Below are positions 1-10,779 of a DNA stretch of 64,000 nucleotides, in pieces. The notes beneath the pieces were generated by a model, which searched no databases, was not told the origin of the DNA, and saw nothing but the letters and a program-made list of their open reading frames with translations. The position numbers and the translations under genes were made by a program. The stretch spans positions 11,915-75,914 of the forward strand of contig JBBCAX010000168.1 in the NCBI GenBank assembly GCA_051382335.1, in the 5' to 3' direction. The DNA is from Deltaproteobacteria bacterium TL4 (GTDB lineage: Bacteria; SAR324; NAC60-12). How positions within the stretch are numbered: the first letter of the stretch is position 1; each line of letters opens with the position of its first letter.

Positions 1-2
1 GC

Positions 3-1853
3 TATACCAACAGTCAACAATTTTGGGCTGTGCGGGAACGTTCGCTTAAAATGCTCAATGATATGCAGGACTGCTGGGAAAACACCTTAAAACCTTTGTT
101 GGCCAAAGAAGGCATTACCTTTTTATCCCTTAAAGAATACACTCCTGAAATCAATAAATACCTTTCCGTATATTTTATGAAAGAGGTCCATCCGGTGTTA
201 ACCCCTTTAGCCATTGACCCGGCACACCCGTTTCCTTTTGTTTCCAACTTAAGTTTAAACTTTGCTTTGATTATAGGGCATAATGAGGTTACCAAATTAG
301 CCCGGGTTAAAATTCCAAGCCTCCTGCCCCGCTTTATTGAACTTCCAGAATCAGTTGCTAAACGTACAGGGCATACTTTTGTTTTCTCAGAGGATGTCAT
401 CAAATGCAACTTACAGGCACTCTTTCCGGGGAGTGAAATCGTGGAAAGTTATCTCTTCCGTGTTATTCGCGATACGGACTTGGTGATACGGGAAGATGAA
501 GCCCACGATTTATTGGAAACAGTGGACCAGAGTTTGAAAGAGGTTCGCTATGGGGATATTGCCTTACTTAAAGTACAGCAGGATATGCCGGGGCGAATTT
601 TAGATCTTTTGACAGAAAATTTTCAAATTCAAGACGGAGTCATAGTACGTACCAATTCCTGTATGGGTTTTGGGAAATGGATGGAGTTGATGAAATTACC
701 TATTCCCCAATTGAAAGACAATTCCTTTGTGCCCTCTACTCTGTTTAAAGCACCGGAAACTGAGGGCATTTTTGAACAGATCAAGTATCACGATTACTTG
801 GTCCATACGCCTTACGAATCCTTCAGTTCTGTTGAAAATTTCATTGCGGCAGCGGTGAATGATCCCAATGTTGTCGCCATTAAAATGACGCTCTACCGTA
901 TTGGGGAGAACTCTCCGATTGTGAAACAATTGATCCAGGCGGTTGAAGCGCACAAACAAGTCGCGGTTTTAGTTGAATTAAAAGCTCGCTTTGATGAACA
1001 AAACAACATCATCTGGGCCCGTCGCCTGGAAGCGGCAGGGGCGCATGTCATTTACGGTGTTTACAGCTTGAAAACACACTGTAAATTGTGCCTCGTTGTG
1101 CGTAAGGAAGCGGATGGTATTCGTCGATACATGCACATCGGGACGGGGAATTATAACCGGGGTACGGCCAAGATCTACACGGATTTGTGTTTGTTCACGT
1201 CTAATGAGGAAATTGGAAATGATGTCTCCCAAGTTTTTAATCTCTTGACCGGATATTCTCATCAAAAAGAATACAATCGTTTGCTGGTTGCGCCAACAGG
1301 TATTTTTTCACGCTTGAAGGAGTTGCTGGAGCGGGAGTCCGAACATGTTCGTAATAAACGCCCCGCTCATGTGATCATCCAAGTGAATGGACTTTCTGAT
1401 CCCGCAATGATTCGGTGTTTGTTCAAAGCCTCTCAAGCAGGGGTAAAAATTGATTTGGTGGTTCGTGGGATCTGCTGTCTTCGCCCTGGCATCCCGGGGA
1501 TCAGTGACAATATTCATGTTATTTCCATTCTGGGGCGTTTTTTAGAGCACCGTCGTATTTTTTATTTCGCCAATGGGGGTAAGGAGGAAATATACATCGG
1601 AAGTGCTGACCTGATGCAGCGCAATCTCTATGGGCGGGTAGAAGTGCTGTGCCCTATTCTTGATGAACAAATACGAACCCATTTGAAAGATGTGATTCTG
1701 AAATCAAGTTTGGAAGACGTTGAAAGTGCGTACCTTCTCAAAATTGATGGTCGTTATGAACGAATGCTTCCGTTAAGCAAAAACAAGGATAAACCGAATT
1801 CTCAAACGGTTCTCCTGGATTGGTACTACAACCGGGACAGAGGACAGGATTAA
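3..1853 (+). CDS. ppk1: Polyphosphate kinase 1 (5' end lies outside window)
   Basis: Motifs LTPLAIDPAHPFPF, HTPYESF, IKMTLYR, ELKARFDE, KTHCK, GRFLEH; frame is open back to the window start. Confidence 0.96.
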   Translation, partial: YTNSQQFWAVRERSLKMLNDMQDCWENTLKPLLAKEGITFLSLKEYTPEINKYLSVYFMKEVHPVLTPLAIDPAHPFPFVSNLSLNFALIIGHNEVTKLARVKIPSLLPRFIELPESVAKRTGHTFVFSEDVIKCNLQALFPGSEIVESYLFRVIRDTDLVIREDEAHDLLETVDQSLKEVRYGDIALLKVQQDMPGRILDLLTENFQIQDGVIVRTNSCMGFGKWMELMKLPIPQLKDNSFVPSTLFKAPETEGIFEQIKYHDYLVHTPYESFSSVENFIAAAVNDPNVVAIKMTLYRIGENSPIVKQLIQAVEAHKQVAVLVELKARFDEQNNIIWARRLEAAGAHVIYGVYSLKTHCKLCLVVRKEADGIRRYMHIGTGNYNRGTAKIYTDLCLFTSNEEIGNDVSQVFNLLTGYSHQKEYNRLLVAPTGIFSRLKELLERESEHVRNKRPAHVIIQVNGLSDPAMIRCLFKASQAGVKIDLVVRGICCLRPGIPGISDNIHVISILGRFLEHRRIFYFANGGKEEIYIGSADLMQRNLYGRVEVLCPILDEQIRTHLKDVILKSSLEDVESAYLLKIDGRYERMLPLSKNKDKPNSQTVLLDWYYNRDRGQD

Positions 1854-1883
1854 ACGGCATTAACGACTTTGTGAGCTATCCTT

Positions 1884-2660
1884 ATGGAGGTTATAGGGGT
1901 TGATGATCTTTCCAAAGAAGAATCGTGGCCCAACCCACCTTTCATGTGTCCTCAATGTCACTCCACGGCTATTGAAATCACGCCCTTGCGAGGAGAGGAG
2001 GGCTTCTGGTTTGTCGATCTGCGTTGCTCCCGCTGTTGTGAATATGGCTTTTTTCAAACCGAGTCCGTTGCGTTTCTCGAGGTGGAGTCTGGCCTTGAAG
2101 AAGGACCCCCGTCTGTCGCCTTGCTTCAACAAGAATGGCAAGAGTGGTTTACGTGGAAACAGCGTCATCTGTCTCCGCGGCCCCTGTCAGCGGCAAGGAG
2201 GAAGAACTATGATTATGGTTTGGCTTTCTTACTCCTCATAGGCTCATTATTTTTCATTGCTGATCAATATCACTTATTTGGAATTTTTAGTGAGGATGTC
2301 TCGGCACGTCAGCGGATCGTCCATCACTATGTTGAATATTTAAAAAAATCATCCTGTCTTTCTCTCGCCATGAAAGCCAAACTTGAAACTGTTCCCATCT
2401 TATACACGTCTGAAAGCGCTTTACATCATGAAAAAATTCAATATGGGGAAACGGGTACTTATGGGGGAGAGATGCGGATAAAAATTTATCGCTCCAATTT
2501 TTGGTTTTTTGGAAAACCTAAAAGTGCGCAATTGATCCATACCTTAATTCATGAACTGCATCACAGGGTTCATCCTTATCTGGAGCACTCTCCCCGGTTT
2601 TATCAATTAGTCGATCGGGATACGGGATGTGTTTTGAAATACTGGAATAAATGGGCTTGA
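1884..2660 (+). CDS. Membrane-anchored protein with N-terminal Zn-ribbon and C-terminal HExxH metallopeptidase-like domain
   Basis: CPQC...CSRC, one hydrophobic segment, LIHELHH...HSPRFY. Confidence 0.55.
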   Translation: MEVIGVDDLSKEESWPNPPFMCPQCHSTAIEITPLRGEEGFWFVDLRCSRCCEYGFFQTESVAFLEVESGLEEGPPSVALLQQEWQEWFTWKQRHLSPRPLSAARRKNYDYGLAFLLLIGSLFFIADQYHLFGIFSEDVSARQRIVHHYVEYLKKSSCLSLAMKAKLETVPILYTSESALHHEKIQYGETGTYGGEMRIKIYRSNFWFFGKPKSAQLIHTLIHELHHRVHPYLEHSPRFYQLVDRDTGCVLKYWNKWA

Positions 2661-2696
2661 TCATCGCTACTACCTCCTCGTCCCAAGGCTCTGTCT

Positions 2697-2714
2697 CAAT
2701 GTCCTTAAGTTAAG
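2697..2714 (+). mobile_element. Possible IS4-family terminal inverted repeat remnant
   Basis: CAATGTCCTTAAGTTAAG resembles recalled IS4-type ends; no partner end or transposase next to it. Confidence 0.25.
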
Positions 2715-2923
2715 AAAGAAGAGTGTACGAGAACACCAAAACATATTGGCGTAGAAGGCTTTCAAGTCGGAGTCAGAAAAGTTCTTTGACTTGGGAAAAG
2801 TTTGATAAAATCAAAACTTATTATCCGTTACAGCGACCGAAACTTGTTATGCCCTATGAGGCGATGAAATCTTACGCTGTGTTGTGAATCAGATTCTGAA
2901 GAGCCTATATTTCAGAAAAACTC

Positions 2924-2952
2924 AGCGTTCCCACGCAAAGCATGGGAACGCT
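2924..2952. repeat. REP-like hairpin / possible bidirectional terminator
   Basis: AGCGTTCCCAcGC-aaa-GCaTGGGAACGCT between convergent genes. Confidence 0.6.
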
Positions 2953-2958
2953 TTAGGA

Positions 2959-4308
2959 TTATGACACAGAGTGCTTGATCTGGGTATAACCCATTTCATA
3001 GCCTCGTTCTTCATGAATAGCAATGTCCAGTCCTTCATTTTCTTCATCTTTGGTCACACGCAAACCGACGAGGACATTCACCAATTTCAAGATGACAAAA
3101 GAAACCACAGCGGTGTAACTAACAACCGAAATCACCGCAATACCTTGAACGCCCAATTGGCGTCCCATGCTCATCACTCCAACGGCAAAACCTTGCCCAC
3201 TGAATACCCCTAACTCTGTTGAAGAAAAAATGCCTGTCAGCAGTGTGCCCATGATGCCACCTACTCCATGAACAGGAAATACATCGAGGGAATCATCCAG
3301 ATGCAGCTTTTGCTTAAGGAAAGTGGTTGCGTTAAAACAAACAAAACCAGCGGAAATCCCTATAATTAAAGCACCCCCCGGGCCCACATACCCGGAAGCG
3401 GGAGTAATGGTTCCCAAGCCTGCGACCATTCCCGTGACGATTCCAAGAGCGGTTGGCTTTCCAAATTTAAACCACTCAATGCACATCCAGGTGAAAGCTC
3501 CCGCGGAAGCGGAAATATGAGTGACCAACATTGCCATTCCCGCATTGCCATCCGCCGCCAAAGCGCTCCCCGCATTAAAACCGAACCATCCAACCCAGAG
3601 CATACCGGCTCCTGTTACGGTCATTGTCATATTGTGAGGTAAGAAGGGTTTCTTGGGAAATCCCTGACGAGCTCCAATCACCAGTGCGGCAACCAGCGAA
3701 GCAACACCGGCAGTGATGTGTACGACAATGCCACCCGCAAAATCCAAAACTCCTAATTTTGACAACCAGCCTCCTCCCCATACCCAATGCGCGATGGGGG
3801 TGTAAACCAGAGTAAGCCAAAGAGCACTGAATAATAATACTGCTGAGAATTTAACACGTTCCGCAAAACTACCAATAATCAGGGCCGGAGTAATGATGGC
3901 AAAGGTCAATTGAAACATTGAAAAGACACTTTCCGGGATGCTTCCTGAAAGAGAACCTTCTGTAATTCCTGCCAAAAACACATTTCCTAAGCCACCAATC
4001 CAGTTGTTACCTTCACTAAACGCCAGGCTATAAGCATAGAGTAACCACAGAATAGAAATCAGACAAGTCAGAGCAAAACATTGCATCAACATTGAAAGCA
4101 CATTTTTTGTTTTGACCAAACCCCCGTAAAAAAGCGAGAGTCCCGGAATGGTCATAAAGAGGACCAGTGCGGTAGAGGTGAGAATCCAGGCTGTATTTCC
4201 GGTATCAAGAGCACTTCCGCCTTCTGCGAAAGCCATGGAGGGACACATAAACAGGAGAAAAAATGTGAGTTTGGATTTCAAAGTGCTCTGGATGTATTGT
4301 TTCAGCAT
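2959..4308 (-). CDS. amtB: Ammonium transporter
   Basis: DFAGGIVVH, GWFGFNAGS, DDSLDVFPVHG; start at 4308 (ORF extends to 4335). Confidence 0.96.
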   Translation of the reverse strand: MLKQYIQSTLKSKLTFFLLFMCPSMAFAEGGSALDTGNTAWILTSTALVLFMTIPGLSLFYGGLVKTKNVLSMLMQCFALTCLISILWLLYAYSLAFSEGNNWIGGLGNVFLAGITEGSLSGSIPESVFSMFQLTFAIITPALIIGSFAERVKFSAVLLFSALWLTLVYTPIAHWVWGGGWLSKLGVLDFAGGIVVHITAGVASLVAALVIGARQGFPKKPFLPHNMTMTVTGAGMLWVGWFGFNAGSALAADGNAGMAMLVTHISASAGAFTWMCIEWFKFGKPTALGIVTGMVAGLGTITPASGYVGPGGALIIGISAGFVCFNATTFLKQKLHLDDSLDVFPVHGVGGIMGTLLTGIFSSTELGVFSGQGFAVGVMSMGRQLGVQGIAVISVVSYTAVVSFVILKLVNVLVGLRVTKDEENEGLDIAIHEERGYEMGYTQIKHSVS

Positions 4309-4414
4309 AACGTGTCCCTTTCTGTCTTTCATCAATTTTAAAATTCATAAATCTCTAAAAACTTAATTTAGGCTTTAAGTCAAAATGCCTAAAAAAATAC
4401 TAATCTTGGTACAT

Positions 4415-4430
4415 TGCAATCTCAATACCA
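4415..4430 (-). promoter_or_regulatory. Sigma-54 (-24/-12) promoter of amtB
   Basis: Minus strand TGGTAT-TGAGA-TTGCA with exact GG-N10-GC spacing, about 110 nt upstream of amtB. Confidence 0.65.
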
Positions 4431-4484
4431 TCATATAACCCACTAATATCACTATCTATCTATGATTTTATCAGGGGGTACCTC

Positions 4485-4520
4485 TGCTTAATTTTTAAGC
4501 TGGTGCCTAAAAATTAAACA
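4485..4520. promoter_or_regulatory. Tandem NtrC-like enhancer sites
   Basis: 17-mers TGCTTAATTTTTAAGCT and TGCCTAAAAATTAAACA upstream of the sigma-54 motif. Confidence 0.45.
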
Positions 4521-4675
4521 AACAGTCATGAAGGAAGAGCGCTGTTGCCTGATTCGATGATTGCCTGTTTCCGCTGAATGAGCTAAACTAAAACCACTCA
4601 ATCAGTGTGACGCTCCTGGTCAAAAACGTGTTTGGGATAGGAGCTTGATTCTTCGTAACCCTTGTTCACAGTAAT

Positions 4676-7117
4676 ATGACTCCTTCGCCTTCATCTTGCC
4701 GCCATTGCCAGACGCCGCTGCACCAAAATCGTCAAATTTTTTACTTAAATTATCAAGAAAAACAGATCCCCTTTTGCTGTTCTGGATGTGCGACGGTATG
4801 GCAAATTATCACAGAAAATCAATTAGCTTCCTACTATGAAAAAAGAGAGCTTAGCGGCAAGGAATCTTTAGTAGATTTGGAGCTTGAAAAAAACTTTTCC
4901 CATTTTGACAAAGAGGTAGTACAGCAAACTTATGTACAGTTCACCGCAGAGGGGCTTGCGGAAAGTAATCTGCTCTTGACGCAATTACATTGTGCCGCTT
5001 GTATTTGGTTGATTGAAAGCTATTTACTTCATCAGACCGGAGTTCTCCAGGCCTGTGTCAATTTTGGAACGCAACGTCTCCAGGTGACATGGAATCCTGA
5101 GGAAATTCGTTTTTCTGAAATTTTAGAACGTCTTCAGCGTTTGGGTTATCCTGCGGTTCCTTATGATATCAACCTCCAGGAAAAACAACGTAAGCATTCC
5201 TCTCACCAAATGCTCAGTCGCCTGGCTGTCGCCGGATTTTCCGCCGGGAATGTGATGATGCTCAGTGTTTCACTCTATGCGGGATACTTTAAAGGAATCT
5301 CCCAGGAATACAAAATGTTACTGGAAAGCGTCTCTGGCCTTTTGACCCTGCCTGTTGTTTTCTACAGTGCGATTCCTTTTTGGAAAGGCGCGCGAAGTGC
5401 TCTTAAAACGCGCCATCCTAACATGGATTTACTGATTGCGTTGGGGATTCTGATCACCTTTGGCTATTCGATATCCGCCTTGTTTTTACAAACAGGCGAA
5501 CCTTATTTTGACTCTTGTGTGATGCTTGTTTTTTTCCTTTTGATAGGCCGCGCCTTGGAGCATCGAACTCAAACACACGTCATGAACATCAGTGAACGGT
5601 TTATCGGAATGACACCTCGCTTTGCAACCCGGATTGAAGGCACTCAGGAGCTCACGATCACTCAAGAGGCAATTCAGTTAGGGGATCATTTACGAGTACG
5701 TCAAGGCGATAGAGTTCCCGTCGATGGAACGGTATTTACCGGAGAAAGTGAAATAGATGAATCCGCGCTCACAGGTGAGTCCCGATGGCGACTGGTCACA
5801 ACGAACGATCAAATTTGGGGGGGGACCCTCAATCAAAACGGAGTGCTGGTCCTTTCGGCGACAGCCATTGGTCCACAGACCTTACTCAACCGAATTGCGA
5901 AACTGGTTGAGCAGGCACTTCAACAAAAAAGTCACATTCAACGCTTAGCTGATCGTATCGCCTCCCGATTTGTGTGGATCGTTCTGTTTTTGGCAATCGG
6001 GACGTGGAGTTGGTGGCTGTGGAACGACTCAGTACCCGCTGGCAAATCAGCCTGGTTGATTGCGGTTTCTGTTTTGATCATCGCTTGTCCTTGCGCTCTC
6101 GGACTGGCAACACCAACCGCGATTTTTGCGGCAACAGGTCATGCGCTAGGCAAAGGCTGGCTCATAAAAAGAGCGGCTTGGTTGGAACAACCGAACACCA
6201 TCACCGATATCGTATTCGATAAAACCGGCACTCTGACCACCGGTGAATTTGAAATCACCCAAATTCAAACACTGGAGGGTTCTACAGAACAAGCTTGGGA
6301 ACAGTATGCTGTCCTTTTGGAATCTCATACCCGGCACCCCATAGCACACGCCTTGATCCATGCAGCAAAACAAAAAAACGGATCACTCCCCACAGGGTCT
6401 ATTGCTGAGGTTCAGCAGCATCCTGGCAGAGGCGTAAGCGGAATGATCCGTGGTGTACCGGTTCTTTCAGGGAATCTGCGCTTGATGCAAGAACAGCAGG
6501 TAAAAATCAATTCAGTTCTACCTCAACCAAGTCAGACCACGCTCTACGTGTATGTTGCCATTGATGGTGTTTTACAGGGCTACTTTGGTTTGCGGGACGC
6601 ATTACACGAAAAAAGCCAAGCCACCCTTGCGAAAATGCGAAGTCTTGGAATTCGAACACATATGCTGTCCGGAGACCTCCCGGAGCGTGTTCAATACTAT
6701 GCTTCGCTCCTTCAAATTGACCAGGCGCAAGGGGAGGTCCTGCCTCAGGAAAAACAGAGCTATATTGCTAACTTGCAAGCGATGGGGCATAAAGTGATTA
6801 TGGTGGGTGACGGCCTTAACGATGCTCCCGCTTTAATCCAATCGGACTTGGGAATCGCGGTCAACACCGCAAGCGACATCTCCTCAGAAGCCGCGGACGT
6901 CATTTTGATGCACAACGCCTTACACCAGATTCCTGAGCTTTTACAATTGTCCGCAAAAACACGGCGTACCATCCTACAAAACTTCGCGATTTCTCTGTTC
7001 TATAACGCCTGTACGCTACCCCTTGCCATGATGGGTTGGATCAATCCTCTTTTTGCGGCAATCGCCATGGCCTCCAGCTCAATTCTGGTCACCCTCAACG
7101 CTTTGAGACTCCGTTAA
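4676..7117 (+). CDS. Cu(I)-type P1B ATPase, CcoI/FixI-like
   Basis: N-terminal CRHC/FCCSGC, HMA HCAAC, TGES, CPC, DKTGT, HP, GDGLND, YN and MASSS motifs. Confidence 0.88.
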   Translation: MTPSPSSCRHCQTPLHQNRQIFYLNYQEKQIPFCCSGCATVWQIITENQLASYYEKRELSGKESLVDLELEKNFSHFDKEVVQQTYVQFTAEGLAESNLLLTQLHCAACIWLIESYLLHQTGVLQACVNFGTQRLQVTWNPEEIRFSEILERLQRLGYPAVPYDINLQEKQRKHSSHQMLSRLAVAGFSAGNVMMLSVSLYAGYFKGISQEYKMLLESVSGLLTLPVVFYSAIPFWKGARSALKTRHPNMDLLIALGILITFGYSISALFLQTGEPYFDSCVMLVFFLLIGRALEHRTQTHVMNISERFIGMTPRFATRIEGTQELTITQEAIQLGDHLRVRQGDRVPVDGTVFTGESEIDESALTGESRWRLVTTNDQIWGGTLNQNGVLVLSATAIGPQTLLNRIAKLVEQALQQKSHIQRLADRIASRFVWIVLFLAIGTWSWWLWNDSVPAGKSAWLIAVSVLIIACPCALGLATPTAIFAATGHALGKGWLIKRAAWLEQPNTITDIVFDKTGTLTTGEFEITQIQTLEGSTEQAWEQYAVLLESHTRHPIAHALIHAAKQKNGSLPTGSIAEVQQHPGRGVSGMIRGVPVLSGNLRLMQEQQVKINSVLPQPSQTTLYVYVAIDGVLQGYFGLRDALHEKSQATLAKMRSLGIRTHMLSGDLPERVQYYASLLQIDQAQGEVLPQEKQSYIANLQAMGHKVIMVGDGLNDAPALIQSDLGIAVNTASDISSEAADVILMHNALHQIPELLQLSAKTRRTILQNFAISLFYNACTLPLAMMGWINPLFAAIAMASSSILVTLNALRLR

Positions 7118-7283
7118 AGCTTCATGTCGAACTTGCCCTTTTTCGTCAGCTTAAGGAAACGCGCAGAGTTATGAGCGAACGTAGCGCTTTCAGAAATCAA
7201 GTTGGATTAAATGCTTGACAACGGAGCCCTTAAAAACTAAAAAATAAATTCAGAAAACTCATTCTGTTACGAGATCCGTTTAA

Positions 7284-7410
7284 ACAACGCTGTTTCAGGA
7301 GTGCCAAAGCTTGCTTTGGCCAAAAAGGCGAAGGCCTTTCTTTGGATTTGGCCAAAGCAAGCTTTGGCACTCCAGTCTAGGTTAGACTCAAATGAATTTA
7401 TTTTAATGAA
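7284..7410. repeat. Dispersed palindromic MITE/REP-like element, family A, copy 1
   Basis: Perfect 27-bp inverted repeat (7298-7324 / 7347-7373); inverted homolog at 42342-42463. Confidence 0.8.
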
Positions 7411-7452
7411 CGTCTCTACATCAGCTCAAAATATCTATCGAAGTAAGAGGCA

Positions 7453-10400
7453 ATGAAAACATTTCTCCTTCGTCTTCTGCTATGGATTGTCTGCCTTACG
7501 CTCGTTTCGTGCGACAGGCAATATTCTGGTAAAACTCCTCCCAAAGTACTTAATGGGGTCCTGGATCTCACAACTTGGGATTTTGACAAAGACGGGAACG
7601 TTCCTTTAAATGGGAAGTGGGAGTTTTATTGGCAGCAGTTGTTGACTCCTGATAATTTTTTGACGGATCCCAAACCGATCCCCTCAGGCCCCATTCAGGT
7701 TCCCAGTTCCTGGGGCTGTTTTGAAATCAATGAAAAATCGATAGGACATCAGGGCTACGCAACCTATCGTATGGTTTTGAAACTGGGTGACGTTGCTGGC
7801 AGTAAAGCCATTAAAATTGATCGTATATCCAATGCTTTTAAGTTTTGGATTAATGAGCGCTTAGTTTCGGAGAAAGGGATTGTTGGAACCAGTAAAGAGA
7901 CCATGAAGTCCAAGGTTTCACCCGACTTTATCATTTTTGAAGAAGACCAGAAAACGATTCAAATTCTGATTCAAGCCTCAAGTTATCGGCTCCTTGGCGG
8001 GCTGAGCTCGTCCCTCTATTTTGGCAAAGCAGAGCCTCTCCAACAATACAAGCAATCGCTGGTTGAGCAGAACATGATTTATGTCAGTGTTCTTTTATGC
8101 ATGGGATTTTACCACCTCATTCTTTTTATTGTACGTCGCAAAGATCACTCCTCTTTATATTTGGGATTGTTTTGTTTTCTCATTACCCTTACTTGTGTTA
8201 CCGCAAATGAAAGACTAATTTTTCAGTGGTTTCCAGACCTGAAGATTGAGTTTTGGAATCAAATTTCCAATTTACCTCTGGATTTGGGAGCGGCTGTTAT
8301 TCTTTTATTTGTTAAATCGATCTATCCTCTTGAAATGCCTCAACGCATAGTGAAAGGTCTGGTTACTTCTTTTGGAGTTTTGCTAGTATTACGTTTTTCT
8401 ATTGAGATTACAACCTTCAGTATTTATTTTCTACCCTTCCTACTCCTCTTTATTCTGACGATGTTTGGCGTGTGTACTTATGTGATGATTCTTGCGCTTA
8501 AAAGGCAACGGGAAGGTTCCTTCATTTTTTTATGTGGTATGCTGTTATTGTCCACTATGAGCATTCATGATCTTGTGGAGATTGCTATTCTAAAAGACGC
8601 AGATCAGACTTATTCGGAAGAGGGATTGCTTCTTTTTATTATGTTTCAAGCGGTGCTGTTAGCCAAGAAGTTTTCCCGAGCCTTTGTAACCGTTGAAGAT
8701 CAAAACGAACGCCTTTTAACCCTGGACCAGGTCAAAGATTCTGTACTTGCGAATACCTCCCATGAACTACGGACTCCTCTTTATGGAATCATTGGAGTCG
8801 CTGAATCACTCCTGGATAAAGACCCGGGCTCGGTTTATAAACCGGATCTCGAACTGATTATCCACAGTGCCACTCGTCTTTCAAAAATGGTTAACGACAT
8901 CCTCGATTTCACTCAGATGAAAAATAGGGAATTACAAATCAAACTAGTCCCTGTTGATGTAAAGAGGGTGACCAATATCGCTCTCGCACTCTCTGTTCAT
9001 TTAATAGGCGCAAAAAATATCTTATTGACTGACGAAGTTCCTGAGGGCTTGCCCTTAATCAAGGCCGATGAAAACCGACTTCAGCAAGTGTTGTTCAATC
9101 TTTTGGGGAATGCCATTAAATTTACTCATGAAGGACAAGTCAGGGTGTCTGCCTGGGAGCACACAGGAAACATCTGGGTCTCGATAGAAGACACGGGGAT
9201 TGGAATTCCCCAAAACAGGCAAAAGCATATTTTTGAATCTTTTGAGCAAGTTGACGGCAGTATCTCGAGGGAGTACGGGGGGATGGGAATCGGACTCGCC
9301 GTGACCAAAACGCTGCTGGAATTGCAAGGCGGAGGAATTGAAGTTAAAAGTGAGCCGCAAAAGGGATCCACCTTTTCGTTTTGGTTACCTATCAGCGAAG
9401 ATCAAATCCTTGGAGAAAAACCCCTGTCGCTGGTAACTTCCAGGGTTGGGTCTCCTTATCAAACAAATTTATCGTTCGATTCAGAATCCTTAACGCAGCC
9501 TCGGACCGCTGTCGGTTCTCAAAATCCTACGATTTTGGTGGTAGAAGATGAACCGGTGAATGCCCGGATTTTGAGAAGTCAGTTGGAATCCCGTCATTAT
9601 CAGGTTTTGCTTGCTCCCGATGGATCCAGTGCTCTAGAAATACTTCAAGCAGAAAAAGACGCGAAGGGAAAGTGTCACATTGATCTGATGTTACTGGACC
9701 TCATGCTGCCCCGTATGAGTGGTTATGATGTCTGTAGAAAAGTTCGGTCTTTATATTCGATATCAGCGCTGCCTGTCATCATCTTAACCGCTAAAAATCA
9801 ATTAAGTGATTTAGTTCAGGGGTTTGAATGTGGTGCCAATGATTATCTTGTGAAGCCTTTTTTGAAAGAAGAATTGATGAAACGAATGGAGACGCAATTG
9901 AAGCTTTCAGAAATTTTTCGCTTGGAAACGCAGCTCCGGCAAGCTCAAAAGATGGAGGCGATTGGTACGCTCTCAGGAGGAATTGCCCATGAATTTAATA
10001 ATATTCTGCAAATCATCCTGGGGAACGCTGACTTGCTTTATGCCGATCTTTTTGAGTCCTCGTATCGACAATATATTGACCCCATCATCCGATCGGGTGA
10101 ACGGGGTACAAACATGATCCGACAACTCCTGACCTTCAGTCGTCCAAATCTACAGATTGATCTGGAGCGGCTTGATCTTGTCCCCTTACTCAAAGAATTC
10201 ATAAAAATGATTAGGGTGACTCTGCCCAAGACGGTCGAAATTCATCAGGAGCTTGAGGAGGGTGTCGGTGATGTTTTAGCCAATGGAACTCAGATTTATC
10301 AAATCATTATGAATTTATTCAACAATGCGATTCAAGCGATGCCCGACGGAAAAGGGTCAATCACGGTTACGTTGAAAACCGTTGAGTTGGGACATCATGA

Positions 10401-10779
10401 AGAATACCTATCTGAGTTGGGGAAAGGACGGTACATCAAAATTTCGGTCAGAGATACGGGAAATGGAATTCTACCGCAACACAAAGAACGAATTTTCGAA
10501 CCTTTTTTCTCCACCAAAGAAGTGGGCAAAGGAACGGGTTTGGGGCTTTCTGTGGTTCATGGAATTGTTAAGTACCACAAGGGGGCAATTCGTGTAGAAA
10601 GTGAAGTGGGAAAAGGAACTTGTTTTGAAATCTTCTTTCCTGTTGTTAAAGAGAAAGAACAAGGGAGCGAACCGATGGCTCCACTACGCAGTGAAAGAAA
10701 AATGTTGGTGACAAATATCCTTTTGGTTGATGATGAAAAGATATTACGGGGTTTTTCAAAAATAAATTTGAAGCCTTAG
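7453..10779 (+). CDS. 7TM-DISM hybrid sensor kinase (HisKA-HATPase-REC-HisKA-HATPase); final receiver continues in the -1 frame
   Basis: LNGKWEFYWQQLL, TM helices, SHELRTP, DLMLP receiver, second kinase AHEFNNIL and GTGLGL; ends in ILLVDDE. Confidence 0.9.
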   Translation: MKTFLLRLLLWIVCLTLVSCDRQYSGKTPPKVLNGVLDLTTWDFDKDGNVPLNGKWEFYWQQLLTPDNFLTDPKPIPSGPIQVPSSWGCFEINEKSIGHQGYATYRMVLKLGDVAGSKAIKIDRISNAFKFWINERLVSEKGIVGTSKETMKSKVSPDFIIFEEDQKTIQILIQASSYRLLGGLSSSLYFGKAEPLQQYKQSLVEQNMIYVSVLLCMGFYHLILFIVRRKDHSSLYLGLFCFLITLTCVTANERLIFQWFPDLKIEFWNQISNLPLDLGAAVILLFVKSIYPLEMPQRIVKGLVTSFGVLLVLRFSIEITTFSIYFLPFLLLFILTMFGVCTYVMILALKRQREGSFIFLCGMLLLSTMSIHDLVEIAILKDADQTYSEEGLLLFIMFQAVLLAKKFSRAFVTVEDQNERLLTLDQVKDSVLANTSHELRTPLYGIIGVAESLLDKDPGSVYKPDLELIIHSATRLSKMVNDILDFTQMKNRELQIKLVPVDVKRVTNIALALSVHLIGAKNILLTDEVPEGLPLIKADENRLQQVLFNLLGNAIKFTHEGQVRVSAWEHTGNIWVSIEDTGIGIPQNRQKHIFESFEQVDGSISREYGGMGIGLAVTKTLLELQGGGIEVKSEPQKGSTFSFWLPISEDQILGEKPLSLVTSRVGSPYQTNLSFDSESLTQPRTAVGSQNPTILVVEDEPVNARILRSQLESRHYQVLLAPDGSSALEILQAEKDAKGKCHIDLMLLDLMLPRMSGYDVCRKVRSLYSISALPVIILTAKNQLSDLVQGFECGANDYLVKPFLKEELMKRMETQLKLSEIFRLETQLRQAQKMEAIGTLSGGIAHEFNNILQIILGNADLLYADLFESSYRQYIDPIIRSGERGTNMIRQLLTFSRPNLQIDLERLDLVPLLKEFIKMIRVTLPKTVEIHQELEEGVGDVLANGTQIYQIIMNLFNNAIQAMPDGKGSITVTLKTVELGHHEEYLSELGKGRYIKISVRDTGNGILPQHKERIFEPFFSTKEVGKGTGLGLSVVHGIVKYHKGAIRVESEVGKGTCFEIFFPVVKEKEQGSEPMAPLRSERKMLVTNILLVDDEKILRGFSKINLKP

